DNA of 64,000 nt from an uncultured bacterium (GCA_963702025.1 OY969699.1:928001-992000); one strand, 5' to 3'. Positions 1 through 9,793 are shown, numbered from the stretch's first letter. The notes: generated from the letters alone by a model not told the origin. Program-made: numbers and translations.

Positions 1-311
1 ATATTATTTTGGATAATCTGGATATCATTATAAATTTCACGATTTTTTGCAAAATCTCCCGGTAATGACCCGGGTGAGATTTGGAGCCCGGCAATTGTTC
101 GCACTTCAGGACCTCTTGGCACCCGTTCGGGGTAATTGAGATAGGCTTCTTCAATATCTTCAGGTGTTTCGGTAATGAAAGTGGTTTGTGGGGTCGCCAC
201 ATAGGTGGTTTGTGGTGTTGTTGCTATATAGGCAGCAAATGCAGAAGTGGCTAGAAATAGTATTCTAGCCACTATAAATGCGAATATAATTTTATTGATA
301 CTGCACGTCAT
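1..311 (-). CDS. Partial exported hypothetical protein (runs off window start)
   Basis: ATG at 311 just after the stop of the upstream ORF; translates MTCSINKIIFAFIVARILFLATSAFA-AYIATTPQTTYVATPQTT... and stays open to position 1; not in the ORF track because it is truncated. Confidence 0.7.
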   Translation of the reverse strand, partial: MTCSINKIIFAFIVARILFLATSAFAAYIATTPQTTYVATPQTTFITETPEDIEEAYLNYPERVPRGPEVRTIAGLQISPGSLPGDFAKNREIYNDIQIIQNN

Positions 312-319
312 GATTTTGC

Positions 320-1069
320 TTATTTATTTAACAGGGCATCGATTTTTTGCTCAAGAGCTTTAATTTCATTGTAATAGAGCTTTTCTTTTTGTTTATCGAT
401 AGCATTTTTTAAGTTATCGACATTGCCTTCTAACTTTGAAACGAGTGAATTCAACTCGGAAGCGCCTTTATCCAAAAGATTTTTGCCGACCGATTTTGCC
501 TGTTCTATTTTTGCCTGTGTGCCTGCGATAACTTTTGCCTTAGAGCTTTTAAGCTGCGTGTCTAATTTTTGCTCAAGATCTTGAATGTCACTATAAAGCT
601 TGTCTTTTTGTTCGCTACTAGCAGTTTTTAAGTCTGCAATTTTACTTTCAAGGTTCTTAATGAAAGAGTTGAGCTCAGCTGCTACTTTGTCTGAAAGAGT
701 TCGAGTGGCCAGTTTCGCCTCTTGGATTTTAGCTTGCGTGTCCGTTAAAATTTTTGATTTAGAGGCTGCAAGCTTTGCTTCTATTTTTTGCTCGAGCGCT
801 TTGATATCTGAATAGATATTTTCTTTTTGTTCTTTTGCGGCTTTACGCAAATCCTCTATTTTAGTTTCCAAATTACCAATAAGTGATTTGAGCTCAGAAC
901 CATTGGGATTTAAAAGATTTTCCGTTGCTGCTTTGGTCTTCTTTAGTTTTGCCACTGTTTCAGCTAGAACCTTTGTCTCATAATTAATATCGGGTGTCTC
1001 GGCCTTTTCTAATGACTGGGCTAAGTGTGGAACCCCTAAAAGTAGAGCAGTTACTAACATTTTCTTCAT
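320..1069 (-). CDS. Exported coiled-coil protein with about 2.6 copies of a 73-aa repeat
   Basis: Signal peptide; repeats begin GSELKSLI, AAELNSFI, ASELNSLV; RBS GGAG upstream. Confidence 0.8.
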   Translation of the reverse strand: MKKMLVTALLLGVPHLAQSLEKAETPDINYETKVLAETVAKLKKTKAATENLLNPNGSELKSLIGNLETKIEDLRKAAKEQKENIYSDIKALEQKIEAKLAASKSKILTDTQAKIQEAKLATRTLSDKVAAELNSFIKNLESKIADLKTASSEQKDKLYSDIQDLEQKLDTQLKSSKAKVIAGTQAKIEQAKSVGKNLLDKGASELNSLVSKLEGNVDNLKNAIDKQKEKLYYNEIKALEQKIDALLNK

Positions 1070-1245
1070 AGAATTCTCCTTTTATCATATATTTATATAT
1101 TATCTAATTGTAATTATAGCAACGTGAATTGGGCCAAATCAAGAGATTTGTCAACATTAGTTATTCTTTGATATTATTTACAAATAGAAACCAATTGTGT
1201 TACCTTATAAGAAGAAGAGATTTTGATCTGCAAAAGGAGTAGAGA

Positions 1246-1851
1246 ATGAGGTTTAGAGCATTTTTTTTATTATTTTTACCCCTCATGCTCAATGGCATGC
1301 AAAAGCCTGAAATGACTGAGCAGCAAAAAGAGGGATTAAAACGTGAAATGGATGCATTAATGGTTGCAGAATTAGACGATGAAGATTTTTTTGCAATGAA
1401 TCTACTTATTAATGAGGCCCCTGACTATTTTGCGCATGAATATACGGCGGCAAATTATTATAGAAATTCTTTACTTGCGTTAGTTGTTTATTGGCAACGT
1501 TTTGATATAGTTGCTAGATTATTAAAACTGGGCGCTGCAGTAAATAAACAAAATGCCGTAGGAATTACTCCTCTCATGTATGCGGTACAGTGGAAAGATG
1601 TTCCGATTATTAACTTGCTGTTGAAAAATGGTGCAGATGTTTCAATAAAGGATAAAGAAGGCAACACGGCACTCCATTTTGCTCGGACACCTGAGGTGGC
1701 CAAAATTCTTTTAGAAGCTGATGCGGATCCTAGCATTACCAATGCCCAGGGATTAACACCATTACAATCTATTCTTAAAAGTAAGGCGGTTAAAGCATAC
1801 CCTACATTGGCAAAAGAAATGGAAGAAGTATTTCAGAGGAAATTAATATGA
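1246..1851 (+). CDS. Ankyrin-repeat protein with signal peptide
   Basis: GITPLMYAV, GNTALHFA, GLTPL ankyrin motifs; N-terminus ends in GMQ. Confidence 0.9.
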   Translation: MRFRAFFLLFLPLMLNGMQKPEMTEQQKEGLKREMDALMVAELDDEDFFAMNLLINEAPDYFAHEYTAANYYRNSLLALVVYWQRFDIVARLLKLGAAVNKQNAVGITPLMYAVQWKDVPIINLLLKNGADVSIKDKEGNTALHFARTPEVAKILLEADADPSITNAQGLTPLQSILKSKAVKAYPTLAKEMEEVFQRKLI

Positions 1852-2495
1852 TAGATAAAAGAATTTATTTGTTGATATTTATCGTTTGTGCGCAGACAGC
1901 TAAAGGCATGGAAATGCCTCTCCAAAAATTGAAAGAAGTAACACTGAGCGAGCAGCAGAAGTTAGATTTGCGACGAGCCATGAGAGAAGCGATTGATGAT
2001 AAAGATATTCCTACCGCACTACGATTAATTGATGAACACCCTGATTATTATGTGAATCACTATTCTTCTTTTGGCCAATCGCTGTTAAATGCTGCAATCC
2101 AAAATAATTTGCCAGAAATTATACAAAAATTGATTCAAAAGGGGGTGAATGTTAATGTGCCCGATGAATTGAAGGAAATTCCTCTGGGTTTAGCTTTTTC
2201 AGCGCAAGATTTTAAGCCGATTAGCCAAATGTTGATTGATGCTGGTGCCGATATAAATATAAGATCAGGCGCCAATGAAACGTTATTATCCTTGGCAATT
2301 AGAAATGTAGAAATTTTTGGCGTCGATCGCATTGAATTTCTTTTACAAAATGGTGCCGATCCCTTATTAAAAAATGATCAAGGCGTAAATGCACTCAGTC
2401 TGATTCGCTCAGTGCAGCCTAAAAATAAACGCGATCAAATAAGAGCTCTTTTTGCAGACTACGGATTTGGTGGTGCAAAACAAAAATTGGAATAA
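1848..2495 (+). CDS. Ankyrin-repeat protein with signal peptide (paralog of 1246..1851)
   Basis: GVNVN, GADIN, GADPLLKN motifs; GME after the h-region; 4-nt overlap with the upstream gene. Confidence 0.9.
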   Translation: MIDKRIYLLIFIVCAQTAKGMEMPLQKLKEVTLSEQQKLDLRRAMREAIDDKDIPTALRLIDEHPDYYVNHYSSFGQSLLNAAIQNNLPEIIQKLIQKGVNVNVPDELKEIPLGLAFSAQDFKPISQMLIDAGADINIRSGANETLLSLAIRNVEIFGVDRIEFLLQNGADPLLKNDQGVNALSLIRSVQPKNKRDQIRALFADYGFGGAKQKLE

Positions 2496-2524
2496 TTGGT
2501 TCTTTTTAACCTTTTCATCTTTAA

Positions 2525-2995
2525 TTACGATTTTGTCGTTTCTTTTTCTTGCGCTCTTTTTAATGCGTCTAGTTGCTGTTCTTTTTCTTCTAGTTGTTTT
2601 TCCATACTCACAATTTTCTCAAGATCGATAATGAGTTTTGTGCCAGCGAGTTCCATGTCTAGAAACAGCACGCTAGTCAGTCTAGCTTTCTCATGGGATA
2701 TTTTCTTTTGTCTATCAGCTAAAGGGTTGTTGATATCATTAATATAATCTTCTGTTGATGGGTCGTTTTGAGGATATTTGTCTATTTTATCTTGCTGTAA
2801 GAGAGCGCAATGTGATTCGAGTGCTTTTAAGACATCGGGAGTATTTCCATTATGTAATCGAATGCATTCCGCAAGTCTGCCGTAACCCATATTGAATATT
2901 GTCCCTAAAAATCCTCTAAATTTTTCTTGTTCATTCTTCATGCCGACTATGGTTGAAGCGGTCAAGAGTAGGGCTATGCTGACTATTTTTTTCAT
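2525..2995 (-). CDS. Exported hypothetical protein
   Basis: MKKIVSIALLLTASTIV-GMK signal; helical C-terminus. Confidence 0.7.
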   Translation of the reverse strand: MKKIVSIALLLTASTIVGMKNEQEKFRGFLGTIFNMGYGRLAECIRLHNGNTPDVLKALESHCALLQQDKIDKYPQNDPSTEDYINDINNPLADRQKKISHEKARLTSVLFLDMELAGTKLIIDLEKIVSMEKQLEEKEQQLDALKRAQEKETTKS

Positions 2996-3018
2996 ACTAA
3001 ATCCTTTTAATTATGATT

Positions 3019-3570
3019 TTAGTTGTTTTCCAATTGTTTTAAGAATTGTTCATTTTTTTCTTTTTCTGGTCTCAACTCTGCTCTTTTTGCCAAAGATAAT
3101 GCCAGGCGCAAGGCATCCAAATTCTCTTGTAAGGTGAGGCGTGCCTCAACCACTTTGCAAAGAGTTTGCGCACGATATTTACTATTTGATGTTTGTGCAT
3201 CGTTTTTGTCATGGGGTATTGCGGCATCAGAAAGATCAATTTTTTTTGCTGTTTGTTCCATACATGCAGTAAGATATTGGTAAATATTATTGCTATTTTG
3301 GGTTGTAACTGCATATAAGTACCATTCCAATGCTCTTGAAAATAATGTGTTGAGTTCCTGAGCTTCTTTAATAATTGGTTGCATTTGCGTGGCAAAACGG
3401 GGATCTTTGCATTTATTGAGCACTTCTTGGTCAATAGGGCAAAGAATAGATTTTTCATTCAAAATATCCAGCTTTGCTGGTGGTACTCCTGCGTTTTGCT
3501 CAGCTGCTTGTTGCATGGCACCAATATTTGATGCGGCTAGAAGTACTATAATGCTTGCTATTTGTTTCAT
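3019..3570 (-). CDS. Exported hypothetical protein (probable paralog of 2525..2995)
   Basis: MKQIASIIVLLAASNIG-AMQ signal; RBS AGGAG. Confidence 0.7.
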   Translation of the reverse strand: MKQIASIIVLLAASNIGAMQQAAEQNAGVPPAKLDILNEKSILCPIDQEVLNKCKDPRFATQMQPIIKEAQELNTLFSRALEWYLYAVTTQNSNNIYQYLTACMEQTAKKIDLSDAAIPHDKNDAQTSNSKYRAQTLCKVVEARLTLQENLDALRLALSLAKRAELRPEKEKNEQFLKQLENN

Positions 3571-3598
3571 CCTAGTCTCCTTTCTTCATATCTGCCAT

Positions 3599-3895
3599 TT
3601 AATGCGGGCCCGTCATGAGAGCAACCAATACGAGTGCCGCGCTCACTAAAAGTACTGCCGCGGCTGCTTTAGCGCCTTCTTCAGAATACTCATAGTTGTA
3701 CCAATAGGGATTGAGGAGAAATGGGTTGTAATAAGGCAATAACGGTTGAGAATAGGTGGTGTAAACGGTGGTAGTAGGGTGGTAATATGGCGTATATGTC
3801 GGATATGGCTGAACATAGGTTGTGGTATACATGGCAGACATATTTGATGTGAGTACTATGCTCAACAATAAGGGTAATAAAGCTGATAATTTCAT
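3599..3895 (-). CDS. Small Tyr/Pro/Thr-rich exported protein with C-terminal hydrophobic helix
   Basis: Start moved to MKLSALL to avoid overlapping argS; YTTTYVQPYPTYTPYY low-complexity region; hydrophobic tail. Confidence 0.6.
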   Translation of the reverse strand: MKLSALLPLLLSIVLTSNMSAMYTTTYVQPYPTYTPYYHPTTTVYTTYSQPLLPYYNPFLLNPYWYNYEYSEEGAKAAAAVLLVSAALVLVALMTGPH

Positions 3896-3905
3896 GAGTA
3901 GATCC

Positions 3906-5651
3906 TTACATTTTAATCGGTTTACTGATTCCCAATAGGTCAAAGGTTAGCGCAAAGGTTTGGCGGAGTAAAGTGATAAGCAATAATCGTCCGCGGCTTT
4001 GATTGATGTTGCTCATTTCAATAACGCGGTTGTGCGCATAATAATGGTGAAAAATATCTGCCAACTCTGTGGTAAAATAGGTCAAATGGTGCGTTTGACG
4101 TGTTGCGGCAATAATTTCCAACAAATGTTTTAACGAGGTAATTTTTTTAAGCAGGAGTGCTTCCGAGCGTCCAAGATGAGCTGCATCGGCACCGGAGATG
4201 TTTGCAAGCTCTTTGTGCTCGGCGGCTTTTTCTAAGATGCTGCCGGTGCGCACGTAGGCATATTGCACATAAAAGACCGGATTTTCTTCCGTTTTTTTGA
4301 GTGCCAAATCAAGATCAAATTCCAATTGCGCATCTGCTTTGCGATTGAGATAAAAAAAACGTGCCACATCGGTGCCCACTTCATCAATCACATCGGTCAA
4401 GGTTACCATGGTGCCGGCCCGTTTAGACATTTGCACCAATTGTCCGCTTGCTTTCATTGTTACTAATTGATAGAGAATTACTGCTAAATCAATGCGAGAA
4501 AGCCCCAGCGCTTGACGAATTCCCTCAAGACGAACTGCATAACTATGATGATCATGCCCCAACACCATTACCAAATGATCAAAGCCCCGTTTTGCTTTAT
4601 CAAGCAGATAGGCAATATCGGCAGCAACATAGGTCCACTCACCGGTTGATTTGCGCACCACACGATCTTTATCATCACCAAATTTAGTTGAGGCAAACCA
4701 GAGCGCATGCTCGTGCTCATAAATAAAATTATGCTCTTGCAAGAGTTTTACGGCGCGTTCAATGGCACCGCTTTCATGCAATGTTTTTTCGGAGAACCAC
4801 ACATCAAAGTGAACTCCGTAGTTGGCGAGCGTTTGTTTAATTTTTTCAAGCAAAAATTCTTTTGCATAATGTTCAAAGAATGAATCGGGGTTATCAATAA
4901 CAGAGTTGCCTTTTTCTTTCACCAACTCTTGCGCAAGATCCAAAAGATATTCGCCACGATAACCATCTTCAGGCAATTGAGCAGCAATACCAGCAGCTTG
5001 TTGGCATCGCACTTTAAACGACTGGCCCAATTTGGCAATCTGGTTGCCCGCATCATTGATATAGAATTCTTTTGTCACCTGGTGGCCAATAAAGGTGAGG
5101 ATATTGCCCAAAACATCACCAATAATGGCGCCGCGACCATGCCCCAAATGCAACGGGCCGGTGGGATTTGCGCTGACAAACTCAATGTCAAAACGATGTT
5201 TGGGCGCATCATCTTCGAGTTTAAAGAAGGCTTCTTTTTGTTTTTCAAGTTCTTGTGCCAAATCATGAATCGCATTTTGGGTAAAATAGGCATTTAAAAA
5301 TCCAGGTCCGGCAATCTCGATTTTTGCAATGTAGGGATGTTTAAATGTATCGATTATTTCTTGCGCAATTTGACGCGGGTTTACCCGTCCGTGCATGGTG
5401 AGCTCGTCGAACCATGCTTGTTGCTGGCGCTCGAATGGTTCGACGAGCTCACCACGAGCGGCTACATTTGTTTTTTCGGAGAGGACTTTTGCCAACACCA
5501 TGGCAGCATTACTATTTAAATCGCCAAACTCCGCTTTTTTAGGCTCAACATTCAGTATAAAATTACATAAGTGCGTTTCTTGCTCCGTTATCCCGAACGT
5601 TTTTTGAAGATAAGAAGAAAACGCAGTTTGTATATGGCTAATGGGATTCAT
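3906..5651 (-). CDS. argS: Arginine--tRNA ligase carrying an about 30-aa repeat-derived insertion
   Basis: FGD, IAGPGFLN, SANPTGPLHLGHGR (HIGH), MSKR, YVQYAYVR motifs. Confidence 0.97.
   Translation of the reverse strand: MNPISHIQTAFSSYLQKTFGITEQETHLCNFILNVEPKKAEFGDLNSNAAMVLAKVLSEKTNVAARGELVEPFERQQQAWFDELTMHGRVNPRQIAQEIIDTFKHPYIAKIEIAGPGFLNAYFTQNAIHDLAQELEKQKEAFFKLEDDAPKHRFDIEFVSANPTGPLHLGHGRGAIIGDVLGNILTFIGHQVTKEFYINDAGNQIAKLGQSFKVRCQQAAGIAAQLPEDGYRGEYLLDLAQELVKEKGNSVIDNPDSFFEHYAKEFLLEKIKQTLANYGVHFDVWFSEKTLHESGAIERAVKLLQEHNFIYEHEHALWFASTKFGDDKDRVVRKSTGEWTYVAADIAYLLDKAKRGFDHLVMVLGHDHHSYAVRLEGIRQALGLSRIDLAVILYQLVTMKASGQLVQMSKRAGTMVTLTDVIDEVGTDVARFFYLNRKADAQLEFDLDLALKKTEENPVFYVQYAYVRTGSILEKAAEHKELANISGADAAHLGRSEALLLKKITSLKHLLEIIAATRQTHHLTYFTTELADIFHHYYAHNRVIEMSNINQSRGRLLLITLLRQTFALTFDLLGISKPIKM
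5394..5461. repeat. Palindromic repeat pair inserted in frame in argS
   Basis: Perfect 20-bp inverted repeat tggtgagctcgtcgaaccat (5396-5415) / atggttcgacgagctcacca (5435-5454). Confidence 0.9.
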
Positions 5652-5740
5652 AAATTAATGACTCTTTTTTTAAATGTTTCTGCTATTATACTAAGCATTC
5701 TAGCAAGAAACTATAAAGTTGTCAGATAAGGAGATCACTA

Positions 5741-6142
5741 ATGAATTATGTGTTTTCTATTGTTATGGGCATACTGCTTTTCATGCAGTTGGGCGCCTTT
5801 GGCATGGGGCATGAAATAAAACTAGAATCAGATACAAAGGAGATCCTTGATCTCTTAAAACGGAATAAAGAATCCGATCCCAATGTAGGCATTATTTTAT
5901 GTCTGATTCTTGAGAAAGATCCCCGATTGGCTAATTGCAAAGACGATAAGGAACATACCCCTTTATGGCACGCTGTTACCAATAAAACTTTTTGGGCAAT
6001 AGATCCCTTACTTAGATACGGTGCCGAGCCCGACTATGGGGCATTTGATCGCGCTAAAAACTATTCTGTCCCCGAATGCAAGCAGCTGAAAGATGCATAT
6101 CTGGCAAAAATTAAAAAAGCTGAATCGGGAAGCAAATTGTAG
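5741..6142 (+). CDS. Small ankyrin-repeat exported protein
   Basis: HTPLWHAV...LLRYGA; signal peptide ending GMG. Confidence 0.75.
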   Translation: MNYVFSIVMGILLFMQLGAFGMGHEIKLESDTKEILDLLKRNKESDPNVGIILCLILEKDPRLANCKDDKEHTPLWHAVTNKTFWAIDPLLRYGAEPDYGAFDRAKNYSVPECKQLKDAYLAKIKKAESGSKL

Positions 6143-6189
6143 TCTTGATTAACATAAATTATCTATAAAACCTCATAACAATTAAGGAT

Positions 6190-6588
6190 ATGTCTATGAA
6201 ACGCGCAGCGGTGTTTACTGCTTTTGCAATGTCATTACTATTTTCACCATCATCTCATGGTATGGAACCAAATGAAGGTAAAGTACGATTACTATCAGTA
6301 TCTATAAGTCATTTACGAACCCTTTATGACTATGATCTTCCTCATGAATGTTTGGCAGGTTTTTTGTTAAAAGCTCGCGAGGACATCAAAAATTGTGATT
6401 CAAATGAATTTATGCAATTTCTGGCGCAACGAAATGTTGAAATTACTAAGGAACCTATAAAAGATGAATCAAAAGAAGATACCAGTGCCCAAGAAATAAA
6501 AGCTGAAGCTCCCCTGAACAGGATTTTGAACACCGTAAATCATGTGCAACCGGCTTTGCACCAATCCGGCTGTTCACCCGAAGATTGA
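6190..6588 (+). CDS. Exported hypothetical protein
   Basis: Signal peptide ending SH-GME; RBS AAGGA. Confidence 0.65.
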   Translation: MSMKRAAVFTAFAMSLLFSPSSHGMEPNEGKVRLLSVSISHLRTLYDYDLPHECLAGFLLKAREDIKNCDSNEFMQFLAQRNVEITKEPIKDESKEDTSAQEIKAEAPLNRILNTVNHVQPALHQSGCSPED

Positions 6589-6651
6589 TGTTTCAAACTG
6601 AAATTATGAATTTTAAAAATCCCTGCTATACTTTGTATACAGGGGTTTTTT

Positions 6652-7701
6652 ATGAAAATAGCAGTACTTGTTTCAGGCGGAGTTGATAGCTCAGTTGCAT
6701 TGCGATTGCTCAAAGACCAAGGGCATGATGTAACCGCTTTTTATCTTAAAATTTGGCTTGAAGATGAACTTTCTTACCTGGGCGATTGCCCTTGGGAAGA
6801 AGATCTTGCCTATGTGCGCAAAGTATGCGAACAGGCTAATGTGCCACTCAACATTATTTCTTTGCAAAAAGAATACTGGGATCAGGTGGTGGCATATACA
6901 ATGGCAGAAATTAAAGCAGGAAGAACGCCAAATCCAGACATTTTGTGCAACCAACGGATTAAGTTTGGTGTGTTTTTTAATCATATTGACGATAGTTTTG
7001 ATAAGGTGGCAACTGGCCATTACGCTCAAGTAGAGAAAAATAATTTGTTCACTCTCTATCGCGCTCCCGACCCAATTAAAGATCAAACCTATTTTCTTTC
7101 TTATTTGAGCCAAGCGCAATTGGCGCGTGCCTTATTCCCCATCGGCCATTTGCACAAAGAACAGGTTCGCGCATTGGCGCACCAATATGATTTACCCAAC
7201 AAGGATCGCAAAGATTCCCAAGGCATTTGTTTTTTGGGGAAACTCAAATTCAATGATTTTATTAAATTTCATGTCGGTGAAAAACGGGGCGATTTAATGG
7301 AATATGAAACGGGCAAAAAATTAGGCATTCATAAAGGATTTTGGTTCCACACTATTGGCCAACGGCAAGGTTCCGGTCTTGCGGGTGGGCCGTGGTATGT
7401 GGTTGCAAAAAATACTGATGAAAATACAGTCTTTGTTTCACGCAACTATTATTCACCAGATAAACATCGCAATAGTTTTACCGTTGAACAGGTTAATTGG
7501 CTCTCGGGAATACCACCCGCAAAAACAGACTTGCAAGTAAAAATAAGACATGGCAAACAGATCTATAATTGTACCGTGGTTCCAATTTCCGATACCCGGT
7601 GGCAGGTAACCCTTGATCGGGATGACCAAGGCATTGCTCCGGGTCAATTTGCCGTTTTTTATGATGGCGCTGAATGTCTTGGTGCGGGTACAATTTGCTA
7701 A
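6652..7701 (+). CDS. mnmA: tRNA 2-thiouridine(34) synthase
   Basis: SGGVDS, TPNPDILCN, ATGHYA, KDQTYFL, DSQGICF, PGQFAVFY. Confidence 0.97.
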   Translation: MKIAVLVSGGVDSSVALRLLKDQGHDVTAFYLKIWLEDELSYLGDCPWEEDLAYVRKVCEQANVPLNIISLQKEYWDQVVAYTMAEIKAGRTPNPDILCNQRIKFGVFFNHIDDSFDKVATGHYAQVEKNNLFTLYRAPDPIKDQTYFLSYLSQAQLARALFPIGHLHKEQVRALAHQYDLPNKDRKDSQGICFLGKLKFNDFIKFHVGEKRGDLMEYETGKKLGIHKGFWFHTIGQRQGSGLAGGPWYVVAKNTDENTVFVSRNYYSPDKHRNSFTVEQVNWLSGIPPAKTDLQVKIRHGKQIYNCTVVPISDTRWQVTLDRDDQGIAPGQFAVFYDGAECLGAGTIC

Positions 7702-7712
7702 AAAAAGATATA

Positions 7713-7740
7713 TTGACAAATTGCATGCATTTGCTATAAT
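7713..7740 (+). promoter_or_regulatory. Sigma70-type promoter for the SET gene
   Basis: TTGACA-16 nt-TATAAT with an extended -10 TG. Confidence 0.65.
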
Positions 7741-7768
7741 TTCTACTAGAAATAATTTTTAGCCTAAA

Positions 7769-8437
7769 ATGGAGAATTACATGAATATATTTCGGATTTG
7801 GTTAGTTCTGTTGTTCTACGCTGTTTCCTGTTTTGGCATGGAAAAGCTTGAGCCAGTAAAAAAATTATATGCCTCGGATTTTGAGAAACTTGGCGTGATG
7901 TACACAAACGAACTCATTTGTAGGGTAGATAAGCCAAAAATTAAATATATCGAATGTAATCGCCTTATGCGCCATAAATATGGGCAGCTCCTCGCGCAAA
8001 AACATGAAGCTCCTGTGTATCTCAAATATATCAATGATAGGGTGAGATACGGGGCATTTGCCGATACTGATATTGCAAAAGATAGTCTGATTGCCGAATA
8101 TACCGGCGAACTTATTCATGAGCAAATGTTTAGCCAGATTGAATCTGTGGATGATTCCGCATATTGCATGGACGTTGGACATTATTATTACGATGCGAGT
8201 TTTGACCCGGTTGTTACCGCTTTAATTGTTGACGCAAAGCGCTGCGGCAATTTTACTCGTTTTATTAATCATAGCTCTACACCAAATACTTTCCCCACCA
8301 CCATTTATGGCGGGGATAATTTGTGGCATGTTATTATTCTAGCAAACAAACGGATTGCCAAAGGCGAACAACTCACTATTGATTACGGGAATGATTATTG
8401 GCAAAACCGCGGTATCGTGCCAGAGAATTTGGAATAA
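7769..8437 (+). CDS. SET-domain lysine methyltransferase with signal peptide
   Basis: YGAFA, IAEYTGE, RFINHS, QLTIDYG..YW; SCF-GME N-terminus (start may be 7781). Confidence 0.9.
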   Translation: MENYMNIFRIWLVLLFYAVSCFGMEKLEPVKKLYASDFEKLGVMYTNELICRVDKPKIKYIECNRLMRHKYGQLLAQKHEAPVYLKYINDRVRYGAFADTDIAKDSLIAEYTGELIHEQMFSQIESVDDSAYCMDVGHYYYDASFDPVVTALIVDAKRCGNFTRFINHSSTPNTFPTTIYGGDNLWHVIILANKRIAKGEQLTIDYGNDYWQNRGIVPENLE

Positions 8438-8451
8438 TTTTACAGGAATTA

Positions 8452-9042
8452 TTAAACAAGCTTGCTTAGCAATTCCCGTGCATGTTTTACCTGCATTTCT
8501 CTTTCTTTTTTCCACGCGGCCATAACTTGTTGTTTTGAGGCATCAGGATGGTGGTGCTGATATTCTTGCATGAAAGTCAAAAGCGCCCACTCTTTTTTTG
8601 GTTGGGCCTTTGTTTTTTTTCGGAGCTCATATTCCTTTTGCCACATCTGTGCAAATTCTTTATAGGTTGGCGGATTTCCATCATGCCAGCGGGCATTGAT
8701 CCAATCGACACCAAAAGCAGTAAAATGGAAATGAGGGCCGATCAGTTTTTTGAAGAAAATCCTTGTTTTTAGATCATTTTTATAGGCGCCGTAGAGAACC
8801 GGAGTATTTTCAGCAAGCGGATAATTCATGCATTTTTGCGCGCGTGAAATAGCCGGAATAGTTTTTGCCGGCAATACTGTGCCGGTTTTTAAAAAATGCA
8901 TGATCTTTTTGATGAGTTCGGCTTTGCCTTCTTGCCAAGGAATGTTGTACGTTTTGCACAGATCACGCAGCTCTTTCATGTTCATGAAATGGAGAGCATC
9001 AAAAAGCTCTTTCATTTCTTGGGGACTCAATTTTCTTGGCAT
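8452..9042 (-). CDS. Conserved hypothetical protein (SAP-like N-terminus, DUF6434-like)
   Basis: ELRDLCK...GKAELIKKI; RIFFKKLIGPHFHF...W...PTY. Confidence 0.6.
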   Translation of the reverse strand: MPRKLSPQEMKELFDALHFMNMKELRDLCKTYNIPWQEGKAELIKKIMHFLKTGTVLPAKTIPAISRAQKCMNYPLAENTPVLYGAYKNDLKTRIFFKKLIGPHFHFTAFGVDWINARWHDGNPPTYKEFAQMWQKEYELRKKTKAQPKKEWALLTFMQEYQHHHPDASKQQVMAAWKKEREMQVKHARELLSKLV

Positions 9043-9190
9043 AGTTATCCTTTGTGGGAATAAATAATCTCTTTAGGTATATTAAAACCTATAACAAGAA
9101 AAAAATACACGAAAATATGCTGATTTTTTCTTTGCCAATAGCCAATTACATGGTAAGTTAGAATAACCTAACTATTTCGAATCAAAAGGC

Positions 9191-9793
9191 ATGTGCATGA
9201 AAAAATTCTCATTCCATTTATTTAAAAAATTACCGGCGCATGAGAAGAAGATAACCTTCTCAACAACGCTCACCTTAATTCGGTTCATTCTGATTCCTTT
9301 TATTGTTGGTGCTATGATACTTGATGCGTGGCACAGCGCATTTATTCTCTTTATTATCGCTGCAATTACTGATGTGCTGGATGGCTGGACGGCGCGATGG
9401 TTCAATGAACGAACCTTTTTGGGTGCGGCCCTTGATCCGGTGGTTGATAAGTTTCTGGTGCTTGCGATTTTTTTTACTCTGGCATTTATTCAACCATTGC
9501 TTTTTACCATACCGCTCTGGTTTGTGATCCTTGTTCTTTTAAAAGAGATGGTGCAGATTGGCGGCGCGGTGTTTATTTATTATGCCAGGGGACATTTAAC
9601 TATTGCTCCCACTCTTTTAGGCAAAGCAACTATGGTGGTGCAGACTGCTTTTATAGCATGGCTATTTTCCTGCTACTTTTATGGGTGGCTGCCGATTAAA
9701 ACATATTATGTGATGTTGGGCGCTGTTTTAACATTAGTGGGTCTAGCCTTTCTTGATTATGCGCGTATTGGTTTTGCGCAATGGCGCACGTAA
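9191..9793 (+). CDS. pgsA: CDP-alcohol phosphatidyltransferase (PgsA-like)
   Basis: TDVLDGWTAR...GAALDPVVDK signature; multiple TM helices. Confidence 0.85.
   Translation: MCMKKFSFHLFKKLPAHEKKITFSTTLTLIRFILIPFIVGAMILDAWHSAFILFIIAAITDVLDGWTARWFNERTFLGAALDPVVDKFLVLAIFFTLAFIQPLLFTIPLWFVILVLLKEMVQIGGAVFIYYARGHLTIAPTLLGKATMVVQTAFIAWLFSCYFYGWLPIKTYYVMLGAVLTLVGLAFLDYARIGFAQWRT

Noticed and set aside
5394..5461. ArgS and GrpE insertions considered as inteins or self-splicing introns
   Set aside because: Too short; no Cys/Ser...His-Asn intein ends and no group I/II intron core.
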